Shown here one piece after another: positions 44,515 through 52,199 of a stretch of 64,000 nt of DNA; positions within the stretch are counted from its first letter, which is position 1; every line of letters starts with the position of its first letter. A program made the position numbers and the translations under genes. Source of the DNA: Gaiellaceae bacterium (lineage in GTDB: Bacteria; Actinomycetota; Thermoleophilia; Gaiellales; Gaiellaceae); contig DATAAZ010000024.1 in NCBI GenBank assembly GCA_036259875.1, positions 7,997 through 71,996 of the forward strand. Reading direction: 5' to 3'. Below the pieces are notes generated by a model. It saw only the letters and a program-made list of their open reading frames with translations. It was not told the DNA's origin and made no database searches.

Positions 44515-44516
44515 CC

Positions 44517-44849
44517 CTACCGGATCCGGATCCGCTGACCCGGCTGGAGCGCGTTCGGGTCGATGTTCGGGTTGAGCGTGACGAGCTCTTCGACCGTCGT
44601 CTGGAACCTCGCGGCGATCGTCTCGAGCGTGTCCCCGGACCGGATGAGGTAGAAGCGCCGTTGCGCCCGGGGGCCCGTCGTCCCCGTCTCTGTTCCGGCG
44701 CCGGCGGATGGACTGCCTCCGCCGGCCGTCGCCCGCGTCTCCGTCACCGCTGGGCTCGCCGTCTCGTTCCCCGCGTTCAGCGCGTCCTGGACGAGCAGGA
44801 TGAGGATCGTCGCCGCGGCGAAGAAGGCGACGGGCGCGAGCACGCGCAT
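44517..44849 (-). CDS. LysM domain membrane-anchored protein
   Basis: ATG 44849 (alternative 44900). An N-terminal TM segment (VLAPVAFFAAATILILLV) and a low-complexity linker precede a C-terminal LysM (YLIRSGDTLETIAARFQTTVEELVTLNP). Confidence 0.75.
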   Translation of the reverse strand: MRVLAPVAFFAAATILILLVQDALNAGNETASPAVTETRATAGGGSPSAGAGTETGTTGPRAQRRFYLIRSGDTLETIAARFQTTVEELVTLNPNIDPNALQPGQRIRIR

Positions 44850-44878
44850 ACCCCACGACGGGTGGTGCGCGCCGTCGT

Positions 44879-45808
44879 TCACCAGCCCGACGCGGCCCAT
44901 ACCTCGCGACGGAGCCGCGCGGCCTCCGCCGCAGCGGCGGTCCGCCAGTCGGCGCCGTCGACGCGGAACGCGTAGATGACGCTCCTCGAGACGGGGACGA
45001 GCGCGCTCGCGGGCCCGCTCGTGAACGCGCGCGCGACGTCGGCCGGAGTCGCTCCTTGCGCCCCGATCCCCGGGAGCAGCAGCATCGCCTTCGGCATCAG
45101 CCGTCGCGCCTCGCCGACCGCACGCGGGTAGGTCGCGCCGACGACGGCTCCGATGCTCGAGAGCCCCCGCTCCCCGACGAGGTCCTCGCCCCACACGGCG
45201 ACGAGCTCGGCGACCTGGTGCCAGACGCGCCGCCCGTCCGAGAGGGCGAGCTCCTGGACGTCGGCGCTGCCGCCGTTGGACGTCTTGACGACGCAGAAGA
45301 GCCCGGTTCCCGATCGGCGGCACGCCGCGAGAAGCGGCTCGACCGAATCGCTGCCGAGATACGGGTTCGCCGTGATCGCGTCGACCGGTGGCTCGATCCC
45401 GTCGCGCCGCTCCAGGTACGCGTCGGCGTAGGCGCGTGCCGTCGACCCGATGTCCGCCCGCTTGCCGTCGGCCAGGACGAGGAGGCCGGCCCGGCGCGCG
45501 TAGTCGCAGACCTCCTCGAACGCAGCGATCCCGTCGGCACCGAGCGCCTCGAAGAAGGCGAGCTGCAGCTTCGCACCGACCACGTACGGGGCGACGGCGT
45601 CGACGAGGCCGCGGCAGAACCGCGTGCACGCGTCGGCCGCGGCGGCGCGGCTCACGTGCGCGTCGCCCCGAAGCTCGAGCGGGAGGAGGTCAGGGCGCGG
45701 GTCGAGTCCGAGGATGATCTGGCTCCGCTTGCGATCGACGGCGGCGGCGACCCGGTCCGCGAACGTCGCGGTCGCGACGCGCGCGCCGGCGTCGACCTCC
45801 CGTGCCAT
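44879..45808 (-). CDS. pyrF: orotidine 5'-phosphate decarboxylase (type 2)
   Basis: 309 aa, with ILGLDPRPDLLP, KLQLAFFEALG, LADGKRADIGST and VKTSN. Confidence 0.9.
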   Translation of the reverse strand: MAREVDAGARVATATFADRVAAAVDRKRSQIILGLDPRPDLLPLELRGDAHVSRAAAADACTRFCRGLVDAVAPYVVGAKLQLAFFEALGADGIAAFEEVCDYARRAGLLVLADGKRADIGSTARAYADAYLERRDGIEPPVDAITANPYLGSDSVEPLLAACRRSGTGLFCVVKTSNGGSADVQELALSDGRRVWHQVAELVAVWGEDLVGERGLSSIGAVVGATYPRAVGEARRLMPKAMLLLPGIGAQGATPADVARAFTSGPASALVPVSRSVIYAFRVDGADWRTAAAAEAARLRREVWAASGW

Positions 45809-45817
45809 AGAAGGAGC

Positions 45818-47509
45818 TTAGGCGACCGCGAGCGCTCGACCGCTATTTGCGCACGCCGCCGCGATCGCACCCGGGTCGAGTGGGACGACGACGAGCTCGG
45901 GCGGCGGTCGGCGCAGGAACGCGCCGACGACGAGGAGCTCGTCCGCGTGCTCCGGCGCGCAGCTCGGGTCGCCGGCCGTTCTGCGCGCCTCCGCGACCGC
46001 TGCTCCCGCCTCCAGGACGGCACCGCCTCCCCGTGGAAGAAGGCGGCTGAAGGCGATCCGGCCGCCCGCGAGAACGAAGGCGCGGACGAACGCCTCCTCC
46101 GAGGCCGGCGCGAGGATGCAAAGCTCGGCACGCCGCAGGCGCTCGAGCTCGCGGAGGTCCCCGACGACCCGCTCCAGCGCGTCGATGCGGTCGCGCAGAC
46201 GCGCAGCGTCCTCGTAGCGCTGCGCGTCCGCGAGGACGCCCAGACGAGCACGGAGGCGCGTGAGCGGCGCGCCCCGCACGAGGCCGGCGAGCGCGTCCGG
46301 CGACGCACCCGCGAGCGCCCGGGCGGCAAGCTCCGCCCGCCGGCGGCTCCGAATCGGGCCGAGCGGCGTCGGCGTCGACGTCACCGCGACGCGATCGCCG
46401 CGAAGCTCGAGGTAGACGTGGCGGTCGGGCCGCGTCGAGCGCGCGTTCGCGGGCGGGCGCAGCTGGCGGAGGAGGCGGAGCTCCTCGAGCGCCGCTTCCA
46501 GCTCGGAGCCGAGGACGTGCCATTCGATCCGCTCGACGGCCGCGAGCGCCGCCTCCACGGCGGGCCGCTGCCGGTCGGAGCCGAAGTACGAGCGAAGGCG
46601 TGCGCGAAGGTCGCGCGCCTTCCCGACGTAGAGCGGCTGCTCCTCGCGCCCGCGGAAGACGTAGACGCCGGGACGGGTGGGCGCGCCGAAGGCGAGCGAG
46701 CGCTTGTCGTGTGCCCGCCGCGCGCGCGGCGCCGCGATCCGGCACAGGTCGCCGACCGTCCGCGCGCCTCGCTCCTGCGCGAGGCCGACGAGCGCAACGA
46801 GGATCTCGGCGGTCGCGAGCGCGTCGGGAAGCGCTCGGTGGCACGGCTGGGCGGCCGTCCCGAAGAAGTGCGCGAGCGCGGCGAGGCTCGTTCGCGGTGC
46901 GCGCCCACCGAGGAGCGCGCGCGCAAGCGGCACTGTGTCGACGATCGCCGCTGCGATCCGCTGCCCGTTGAGCCGGTCGAGCGCACGGTCGAGGAACGCG
47001 ACGTCGAAGCGCGCGTTGTGGGCGGCGAGCACCGAGGCGCCTGCGAACGCGACGAAGCGCTGGACGGCGACCGCCGCGGGCGGCGCGCGGCGAAGCTCGG
47101 CGTCGCGCAGCCCCGTCAGCGCGGCGACCGGTGCGGGAAGCGCATCGCGCGGCCGCACGAGCGTCTCGAACGTCCCGGCGATCTCGAGCCCCCGCACGCG
47201 GACGGCGCCGATCTCGCAGATCTCCGCGGTTCGCGCCGAGAGGCCGGTCGTCTCGAGGTCGACGACGACGAACGTCGTGGCGTCGAGCGGGAGATCCGCG
47301 GTGCCGTCGCGGGCGAGGGCAAGGGCGGCGCCCGCCCACGTGAGGCGTGCGTCGGACGAGACGACGTCGTCGAGGAGCGTTCGAGCGAGCCCGGCGGGGG
47401 CGCGCGAGAGCGCGAACAGGGCGCGCGCCGCCTCGGAAGCGGGCACGGGCGCGCGACGTTCCTCGAGGAGCTCGACGAGCCGGTCGGCAGCGTCCATCCG
47501 AAGCTGCAC
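45818..47509 (-). CDS. DEDD (DnaQ-like) 3'-5' exonuclease fused to a GIY-YIG (UvrC/Cho-like) nuclease domain
   Basis: 563 aa from GTG 47509. VVVDLETTGL and AHNARFDVAFL are exonuclease motifs. GVYVFRGREEQPLYVGKARDLRARLRSYF is the GIY-YIG motif. Confidence 0.85.
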   Translation of the reverse strand: MQLRMDAADRLVELLEERRAPVPASEAARALFALSRAPAGLARTLLDDVVSSDARLTWAGAALALARDGTADLPLDATTFVVVDLETTGLSARTAEICEIGAVRVRGLEIAGTFETLVRPRDALPAPVAALTGLRDAELRRAPPAAVAVQRFVAFAGASVLAAHNARFDVAFLDRALDRLNGQRIAAAIVDTVPLARALLGGRAPRTSLAALAHFFGTAAQPCHRALPDALATAEILVALVGLAQERGARTVGDLCRIAAPRARRAHDKRSLAFGAPTRPGVYVFRGREEQPLYVGKARDLRARLRSYFGSDRQRPAVEAALAAVERIEWHVLGSELEAALEELRLLRQLRPPANARSTRPDRHVYLELRGDRVAVTSTPTPLGPIRSRRRAELAARALAGASPDALAGLVRGAPLTRLRARLGVLADAQRYEDAARLRDRIDALERVVGDLRELERLRRAELCILAPASEEAFVRAFVLAGGRIAFSRLLPRGGGAVLEAGAAVAEARRTAGDPSCAPEHADELLVVGAFLRRPPPELVVVPLDPGAIAAACANSGRALAVA

Positions 47510-47515
47510 GCGGCG

Positions 47516-47533
47516 AGGATAGAACGTATGTTC
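47516..47533 (-). promoter_or_regulatory. LexA (Cheo/SOS) box overlapping a -10 hexamer of the exonuclease gene
   Basis: The minus strand reads CGAACATACGTTC-TATCCT-cgccgc-GTG. GAAC-N4-GTTC (47533-47522) matches the Gram-positive/actinobacterial SOS box. TATCCT (47521-47516) fits TANNNT and lies 6 nt from the start codon. Confidence 0.6.
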
Positions 47534-47740
47534 GGACAGACAGGGCGGCGAAGGCCGCGTCCGACGGCCACCATGTGCCCCGGGGGACCCCCGTCGGTTC
47601 CCCGCTGCGTCGAGCGTAGCGCCGAAACCCGCGCGCGTGGGTGACCGGAGCGCGACGCGTCCTGCAACGGCGTCTCACGTCCCGGGCCTGCGGTGCGGCG
47701 GCGCCCTCGCACGAGGCGCGCGGGCGGCGACGCCGGTCTC

Positions 47741-47773
47741 AAAAGCCGAAGGCCGCCGAGGGCGGCCTTCGGC
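47741..47773 (-). terminator. rho-independent terminator of hup
   Basis: The minus strand reads GCCGAAGGCCGCC-ctc-GGCGGCCTTCGGC, a perfect 13-bp stem followed by TTTT, 20 nt after the hup stop. Confidence 0.8.
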
Positions 47774-47793
47774 GTTGGAGAGGGCGTCGTGTT

Positions 47794-48081
47794 CTAGGAG
47801 CGGCCCTTGAGCGCGTTCTTTAGCGCGCTTCCCGCGGAAAACTTGGGCACGGTGGCAGCAGCGATCGTGACTTTCTCGCCCGTGCGCGGATTCACGCCCT
47901 GGCGGGCGCTGCGCTGCTGGGCCGAGAACTTCCCGAACCCCGTGAAGGTGATGGACTCGCCTCGCTGCAGCGACTCTTGAACCGAGTCGAGGAACGCATC
48001 GACCGCCTTGCCGGCGTCGCGCTTCGAAAGGCCGCTCTTCGAAGAGACGCGGTCCACAAACTCAGATTTGGTGACAGCCAA
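47794..48081 (-). CDS. hup: HU family DNA-binding protein
   Basis: TTG 48081 is preceded by AGGAGGGAGAGG; 95 aa. TKSEFVDRVS, FTGFGKFS and RQGVNPRTGEKVTIAA are HU motifs. Confidence 0.92.
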   Translation of the reverse strand: MAVTKSEFVDRVSSKSGLSKRDAGKAVDAFLDSVQESLQRGESITFTGFGKFSAQQRSARQGVNPRTGEKVTIAAATVPKFSAGSALKNALKGRS

Positions 48082-48129
48082 TGCCCTCTCCCTCCTAGGT
48101 CGGTTCCGTCCCGAGAAATCCGGCTCGGA

Positions 48130-48158
48130 ACCGTAACAGCGTCGGGAAAACCGCGCAA
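48130..48158 (-). promoter_or_regulatory. candidate hup promoter (-35 TTGCGC, 17-nt spacer, -10 TACGGT)
   Basis: The minus strand reads TTGCGC-n17-TACGGT. The predicted ~45-nt leader carries a GGTTCCG...CGGAACC stem and a strong SD. Confidence 0.35.
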
Positions 48159-48210
48159 CCAAGCCGTTTCCCTTCGACTCGCGTCACGACGAGCAGCAAC
48201 GACGGCGCGC

Positions 48211-48744
48211 TCATCCCGCGGCCACGTCGGCCGCGCGGAAGAGCGCGTGCAGACGAACTGCGTGGCGTGCGAGAGCGTCGGCACCGCCCTCCTCGCGGTC
48301 AACAACGCAGACGGCCCGACGACACTCGAGCCCCGCGTCGCGAAGGCCGCGCACGGCCGCGACGGCGGCACCGCCGGTCGTGACGACGTCCTCGACGAGG
48401 CAGACCCGCTGGCCCGGCTCGAAGACACCCTCGATCCGTCGCTCCGTGCCGTATGTCTTCGCATCCTTGCGAACGATCAGGAACGGCGTCCCGGACGCGA
48501 GCGCGGCGGCGGCTGCCAGCGCGACGGCGCCGAGCTCGGGCCCGGCGAGGAGATCGGGCCGCTCGCCGTCGCCGGCAAGCGCGCTCGCAGCGAGCCGCGT
48601 CCCGAGCTCGCGCAGCAGGACCGGGTCCGTTTCGAACCGGTACTTGTCGAGGTAGTAGCGGGATCGTCGCCCCGATCGGAGGAGGAAATCGCCCTCGAGG
48701 TAGGCCCGCTCGCGAAGCAGGCGGACGACCTCGGCGTCCGTCAA
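48211..48744 (-). CDS. pyrE: orotate phosphoribosyltransferase
   Basis: 177 aa; TTG 48744 overlaps the upstream stop (TTGA). GDFLLRSGRRSRYYLD is present, and the PRPP loop is VCLVEDVVTTGGA. Confidence 0.92.
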   Translation of the reverse strand: MTDAEVVRLLRERAYLEGDFLLRSGRRSRYYLDKYRFETDPVLLRELGTRLAASALAGDGERPDLLAGPELGAVALAAAAALASGTPFLIVRKDAKTYGTERRIEGVFEPGQRVCLVEDVVTTGGAAVAAVRGLRDAGLECRRAVCVVDREEGGADALARHAVRLHALFRAADVAAG

Positions 48745-48965
48745 CGGCCGGCCGAGCGCGCCGCGGAAGCGCCGCGCGCCGCGGCCACCAGGTCTTCCGC
48801 GATCGCGAGCATGCGATCTGCCTCGGCGTCGCCCGCCGCGAGCGACACCATCGATCCGTCGTCGAAATAGAGATCGGCGTGCGCTCGCCGCCCGCTTCGC
48901 CGACGCCAGACGCTGAACGCCGCGGCCGCGCCGGCGGCCGCGGCCCAGGCCGCCGCCCTATTCAT
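48741..48965 (-). CDS. small hypothetical protein with N-terminal hydrophobic segment (74 aa)
   Basis: GC3-biased. AAAWAAAAGAAAAF is followed by RRRSGRR and ADLYFDDGSMVSL. The gene is coupled on both sides (8-nt and 4-nt overlaps). Confidence 0.5.
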   Translation of the reverse strand: MNRAAAWAAAAGAAAAFSVWRRRSGRRAHADLYFDDGSMVSLAAGDAEADRMLAIAEDLVAAARGASAARSAGR

Positions 48966-49395
48966 CGTCGGCCTCGCGCTCGTGCCGCTCGCGTGCCCGC
49001 TCGCTCGTTCCGGCTCCCGCCGTTTCGCGCTCCTCGCGTGCCGCGCTCGTGTCGGGATCCGTCAGTCGTAGGCAGGTCTTCAGGTCGTAGAAGACGAGCC
49101 CGACGGTCGGCTCGGACCCGGTGACGGCCGCAACGGCTCGCTCCCCGTCGCGAACGAGAAAGACGGCGCCCGCGGGCGTGGCCGCGAGGACCTGAGAGAG
49201 CTCCGCGCGCCCGGTCGCGGCGCTCGAGCGGCGCGCCGCTTGCAGGAGCTCGCGCGCATGCGCTGCCACGGCCTGCGACCGGCCGTCGTCGGAGAACGTC
49301 GAAGCGAGCAGCGTCCCGTTCTCGCGGACAAGCACGGCCCCGTCGATCTGAGACGAGACCGCCGCCAGGTCGGCCAGCGCCTGTCCCGCGTTCAT
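48958..49395 (-). CDS. roadblock/LC7 (MglB-like) domain protein
   Basis: ATG 49395 (alternative GTG 49413). ALADLAAVSSQIDGAVLVRENGTLLAST has the typical roadblock N-terminal pattern, and the tail is acidic. Confidence 0.65.
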   Translation of the reverse strand: MNAGQALADLAAVSSQIDGAVLVRENGTLLASTFSDDGRSQAVAAHARELLQAARRSSAATGRAELSQVLAATPAGAVFLVRDGERAVAAVTGSEPTVGLVFYDLKTCLRLTDPDTSAAREERETAGAGTSERARERHEREADDE

Positions 49396-49403
49396 GGCGC
49401 CGG

Positions 49404-49409
49404 AACCTA
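49404..49409 (-). promoter_or_regulatory. candidate -10 hexamer (TAGGTT) 8 nt upstream of ATG 49395
   Basis: The minus strand reads TAGGTT-ccggcgcc-ATG and fits TANNNT. Confidence 0.35.
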
Positions 49410-49557
49410 CCACGACGTCGAGCGTGCTCGGCCGGGCGCGTGGTATGAACCCGTCGAATGACGTCCAGCCCGTCGACCGGCCGTCTCAGACGGACGTCCG
49501 GGCGGAGCCCGGCCGCCGCGACCGCCGGCGCCGCCAACTCGTCGCGGTAGGGACCAG

Positions 49558-50385
49558 ATGGCGATCAGCGCGGCCGCGCGCACCCGAACGGTCCGGATCG
49601 GCGTCGCGGCGGTCGTCGAGAAGTTCCTCGCCGATCGCGGCACGCACCTCGCCGCGATGATCGCCTACTTCGCGATCCTCGCGTTCGTGCCGCTCCTGTT
49701 CCTCGCGCTGTCGCTGTTCGGGCTCGCGGGCGAGCAAGACGAGTCGAGCTACCTCGTCGAGGAGCTCCGGCGGAGCTTCCCGGCGAGCTCGGTCGACCGG
49801 CTGGTCGCCGTCGTCGAGACGATCCAGGAGAGCTCGACCGAGCTCGGGATCGTGGGTGGGGTCGCGCTGATCTGGGCGGCGCTCGGGTTCTTCAGCGTGG
49901 TCGAGTCGGCGCTGAACATCGTCTACGGCCTGCCGAACAGGCCGTTCATCCGCCAGAAGCTCTTCGTCCTCGCGCTGACGGCGGCGGCGCTCGCGCTTCT
50001 CTTCGCCGCGCTCGTGGTCGCCTCGGTCGGCATCCGGCTCGCTCGCAACGCGGCGTACGTCGGCGGCGCCCTCGCGTACGTCTACGGGATCGCAGTCTCG
50101 ACGGCGCTCGTCCTCGTCTTCGTCTGGAGCGTCTACACGCTTCTCACGAACGTGCGCCTGCGCTGGCGCGAGACGCTACCGGGAGCGGTCTTCGCCGCAA
50201 TCGTGCTGCAGGCGAGCTTCCAGCTCCTGCCGATCTTCGTGCACGCCTCGAGCGGCCTTGTCGCGCTCCAGGCCTTCGGCGGCCTCGCGCTCCTCCTCCT
50301 CTGGATCTACCTGATGGCGAACGTGCTCGTGATCGGCGCCGAGCTCAACTGGTGGCTCTCACGCCGGCGCGTGGAAGGCTCATGA
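49558..50385 (+). CDS. YihY/BrkB (ribonuclease BN-like) family membrane protein
   Basis: 275 aa. HLAAMIAYFAILAFVPLL and SALNIVYG are present, with multiple TM segments. Confidence 0.82.
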   Translation: MAISAAARTRTVRIGVAAVVEKFLADRGTHLAAMIAYFAILAFVPLLFLALSLFGLAGEQDESSYLVEELRRSFPASSVDRLVAVVETIQESSTELGIVGGVALIWAALGFFSVVESALNIVYGLPNRPFIRQKLFVLALTAAALALLFAALVVASVGIRLARNAAYVGGALAYVYGIAVSTALVLVFVWSVYTLLTNVRLRWRETLPGAVFAAIVLQASFQLLPIFVHASSGLVALQAFGGLALLLLWIYLMANVLVIGAELNWWLSRRRVEGS

Positions 50386-50466
50386 GCCGCGGCGGCGCAT
50401 TGACCGTCGGTTCAACCGGCGGACGAGCCAGGTCACCCGCCTCGCGACGGGGGCCGGGGCGGCGCC

Positions 50467-50916
50467 TCAGCTGACGGGCTCGGCGGTCGTGAGCGTCGGA
50501 TCGTCGGCCGTCACGAGGACGCGCTTCGCGAGCGCGCGCAAGACCTTCCGCTCGACCTCGGGATTGCGATCGACCATCCCCCAGAACGCTTGACGCGTGA
50601 GGACGAAGAAGCGGAGCGGCTTCGTCGCCGTCACCGTCGCCGTGCGCGGGATGTCCTCGAGAAGCGCAATCTCTCCGAAGAAGTCGCCGTCCGAGAGCGT
50701 CGAGAGCCGGCGGCCCTGGCGCGTCACCTCGACGTCGCCCTCGATGATGACGAAGAACTCCTGGGCGGGCTCCCCCTCGCGGCAGAGCACCTTCCCTTCT
50801 CCGACCTCGAGGTCCTCCGTCACCCTTGCCAGCTGCTGGAGCTCGTCCTTCGAGAGGTCGGCGAAGAGCGGCGCCCGCCGGAGCGAGTCGACCTTCGTGT
50901 CGTGCGAGAAAAGCAC
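50467..50916 (-). CDS. stand-alone cyclic nucleotide-binding domain protein
   Basis: 149 aa from GTG 50916. The cNMP-binding cassette is FFVIIEGDVEV...GDFFGEIALL...PRTATVTA. Confidence 0.88.
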   Translation of the reverse strand: MLFSHDTKVDSLRRAPLFADLSKDELQQLARVTEDLEVGEGKVLCREGEPAQEFFVIIEGDVEVTRQGRRLSTLSDGDFFGEIALLEDIPRTATVTATKPLRFFVLTRQAFWGMVDRNPEVERKVLRALAKRVLVTADDPTLTTAEPVS

Positions 50917-50922
50917 AGGCGA

Positions 50923-50928
50923 AATCTA
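50923..50928 (-). promoter_or_regulatory. candidate -10 hexamer (TAGATT) 6 nt upstream of GTG 50916
   Basis: The minus strand reads TAGATT-tcgcct-GTG. The hexamer overlaps the rdgB stop codon. Confidence 0.4.
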
Positions 50929-51522
50929 CAACGCTCGCGCGGGCGCTCCCAATCCCTCGGCGAGCGCCCGCGCCGCGCGCGCCCGGTGGCTGTGGCGCGC
51001 CTTCCAGCCGTCCCCCAGCTCGGCCACCGTCCTCGTCTCGCCGTCGGGCACGAACACGTGGTCGTACCCGAAGCCGCCCGAGCCGCGTGCCTCGCGGGCG
51101 ATCCGGCCAGAGAGCTCGCCGCGGGCGGCGACCTCCCCCCCGTCCGGCGTACGGCAGACGAGCTCGCAGACGTAGCGCGCGCGCCGCCCCTCGGCCTCGA
51201 TGCCATCCAGCTCGGCGAGGAGCTTCGCGACGTTGTCGGGGTCGGACGCCCGATCGCCGGCGTAGCGCGCCGACCGAATCCCTGGCCCGCCGCCGAGCGC
51301 CTCCACCTCGAGCCCCGAGTCTTCACCCGCGACCCAGGCGTCGGGCGCATGCGCCCGCCCCAGCGCTGCCTTCGCGCGCGCGTTCTCGGCGAACGTCGCA
51401 CCGGTCTCGTCCGGGAACGCGATACCGCTCAGGAGCTCGAAACTCCAGCCTGGAAGCGCGCGCTCGAGCTCCCTTGCCTTGTGCCGGTTGCCGGACGCGA
51501 GGAGGAGCTTCAGGCGGACCAC
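50926..51522 (-). CDS. rdgB: non-canonical purine NTP pyrophosphatase RdgB/HAM1
   Basis: 198 aa, with LLLASGNRHKAREL, GEDSGLEV and GFGYDHVF. Confidence 0.92.
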   Translation of the reverse strand: MVRLKLLLASGNRHKARELERALPGWSFELLSGIAFPDETGATFAENARAKAALGRAHAPDAWVAGEDSGLEVEALGGGPGIRSARYAGDRASDPDNVAKLLAELDGIEAEGRRARYVCELVCRTPDGGEVAARGELSGRIAREARGSGGFGYDHVFVPDGETRTVAELGDGWKARHSHRARAARALAEGLGAPARAL

Positions 51523-52199
51523 CGCGCGGCGATCACGTCCTCGCGCACCGAGAGCTCCTCGACGAGGTCGCGCTCGCTCGTACCCATCGGCAGGTCGACC
51601 TGGAGGCGAAGGCGACGGCGATCTTCCTCGGCCTCGAACTCAAGGTTTCCGATCCGCACGCGGCGCATCTTCACGACGTCGACGATGGGCGTGACCGGCG
51701 TCGCGACCCCCAGCTCGAGCTCGAGGACGCCCGCCTCGCCGCCGAAGCGGTTGATGGCGCGCTCGATCCAGCGGAACGGGCCGAGCCCGACGATCACGAT
51801 CGCCGTTCCGATCAGGGCGGCGGTGTAGAACCCGGCCCCCGCCGCCATGCCGATCGCGGCCGCGACCCAGAGCCCGGCGGCGGTCGTGAGGCCGCGCACG
51901 GAGAGCCCCTGGCGGAGGATCGCACCAGCGCCGAGGAAGCCGATCCCGGTGACGATCTGCGCCGCGATCCGGGTCGGGTCGAGGACGGTCCCGCGCGAGC
52001 GATCGAAGACGAAGTCGCCCCACGCGTACGCGGACACGAGCGTGAAGAGCGCGGCGCCGACGCCGACGAGCATGTGCGTGCGTAGTCCCGCCGCGCGCTC
52101 GCGGAGCTCGCGCTCGAGGCCGATTGCTCCGGAAAGCGCCGCGGCGACGAGCAGGCGAAGGGCGACGTCGAGCGCGCCGATGTCCGGCGCTACGTCGAT
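51510..52199 (-). CDS. mgtC: MgtC/SapB family membrane protein; start inferred at ATC 52199 (or 52181)
   Basis: LRLLVAAALSGAIGLERE is the MgtC signature, and GFLGAGAIL and TTAAGLW are present. No ATG/GTG/TTG lies in frame between 52496 and the signature. GGGAGG lies 10 nt upstream of ATC 52199. Confidence 0.8.
   Translation of the reverse strand: MDVAPDIGALDVALRLLVAAALSGAIGLERELRERAAGLRTHMLVGVGAALFTLVSAYAWGDFVFDRSRGTVLDPTRIAAQIVTGIGFLGAGAILRQGLSVRGLTTAAGLWVAAAIGMAAGAGFYTAALIGTAIVIVGLGPFRWIERAINRFGGEAGVLELELGVATPVTPIVDVVKMRRVRIGNLEFEAEEDRRRLRLQVDLPMGTSERDLVEELSVREDVIAARWSA

Noticed and set aside
45056-47644. 862-aa plus-strand ORF and the 611-aa minus-strand ORF 45843-47678
   Set aside because: One is antisense and the other an alternative frame of pyrF and the DEDD/GIY-YIG gene. 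Only frame 45818-47509 carries the exonuclease (DLETTGL, HNARFD) and GIY-YIG motifs.
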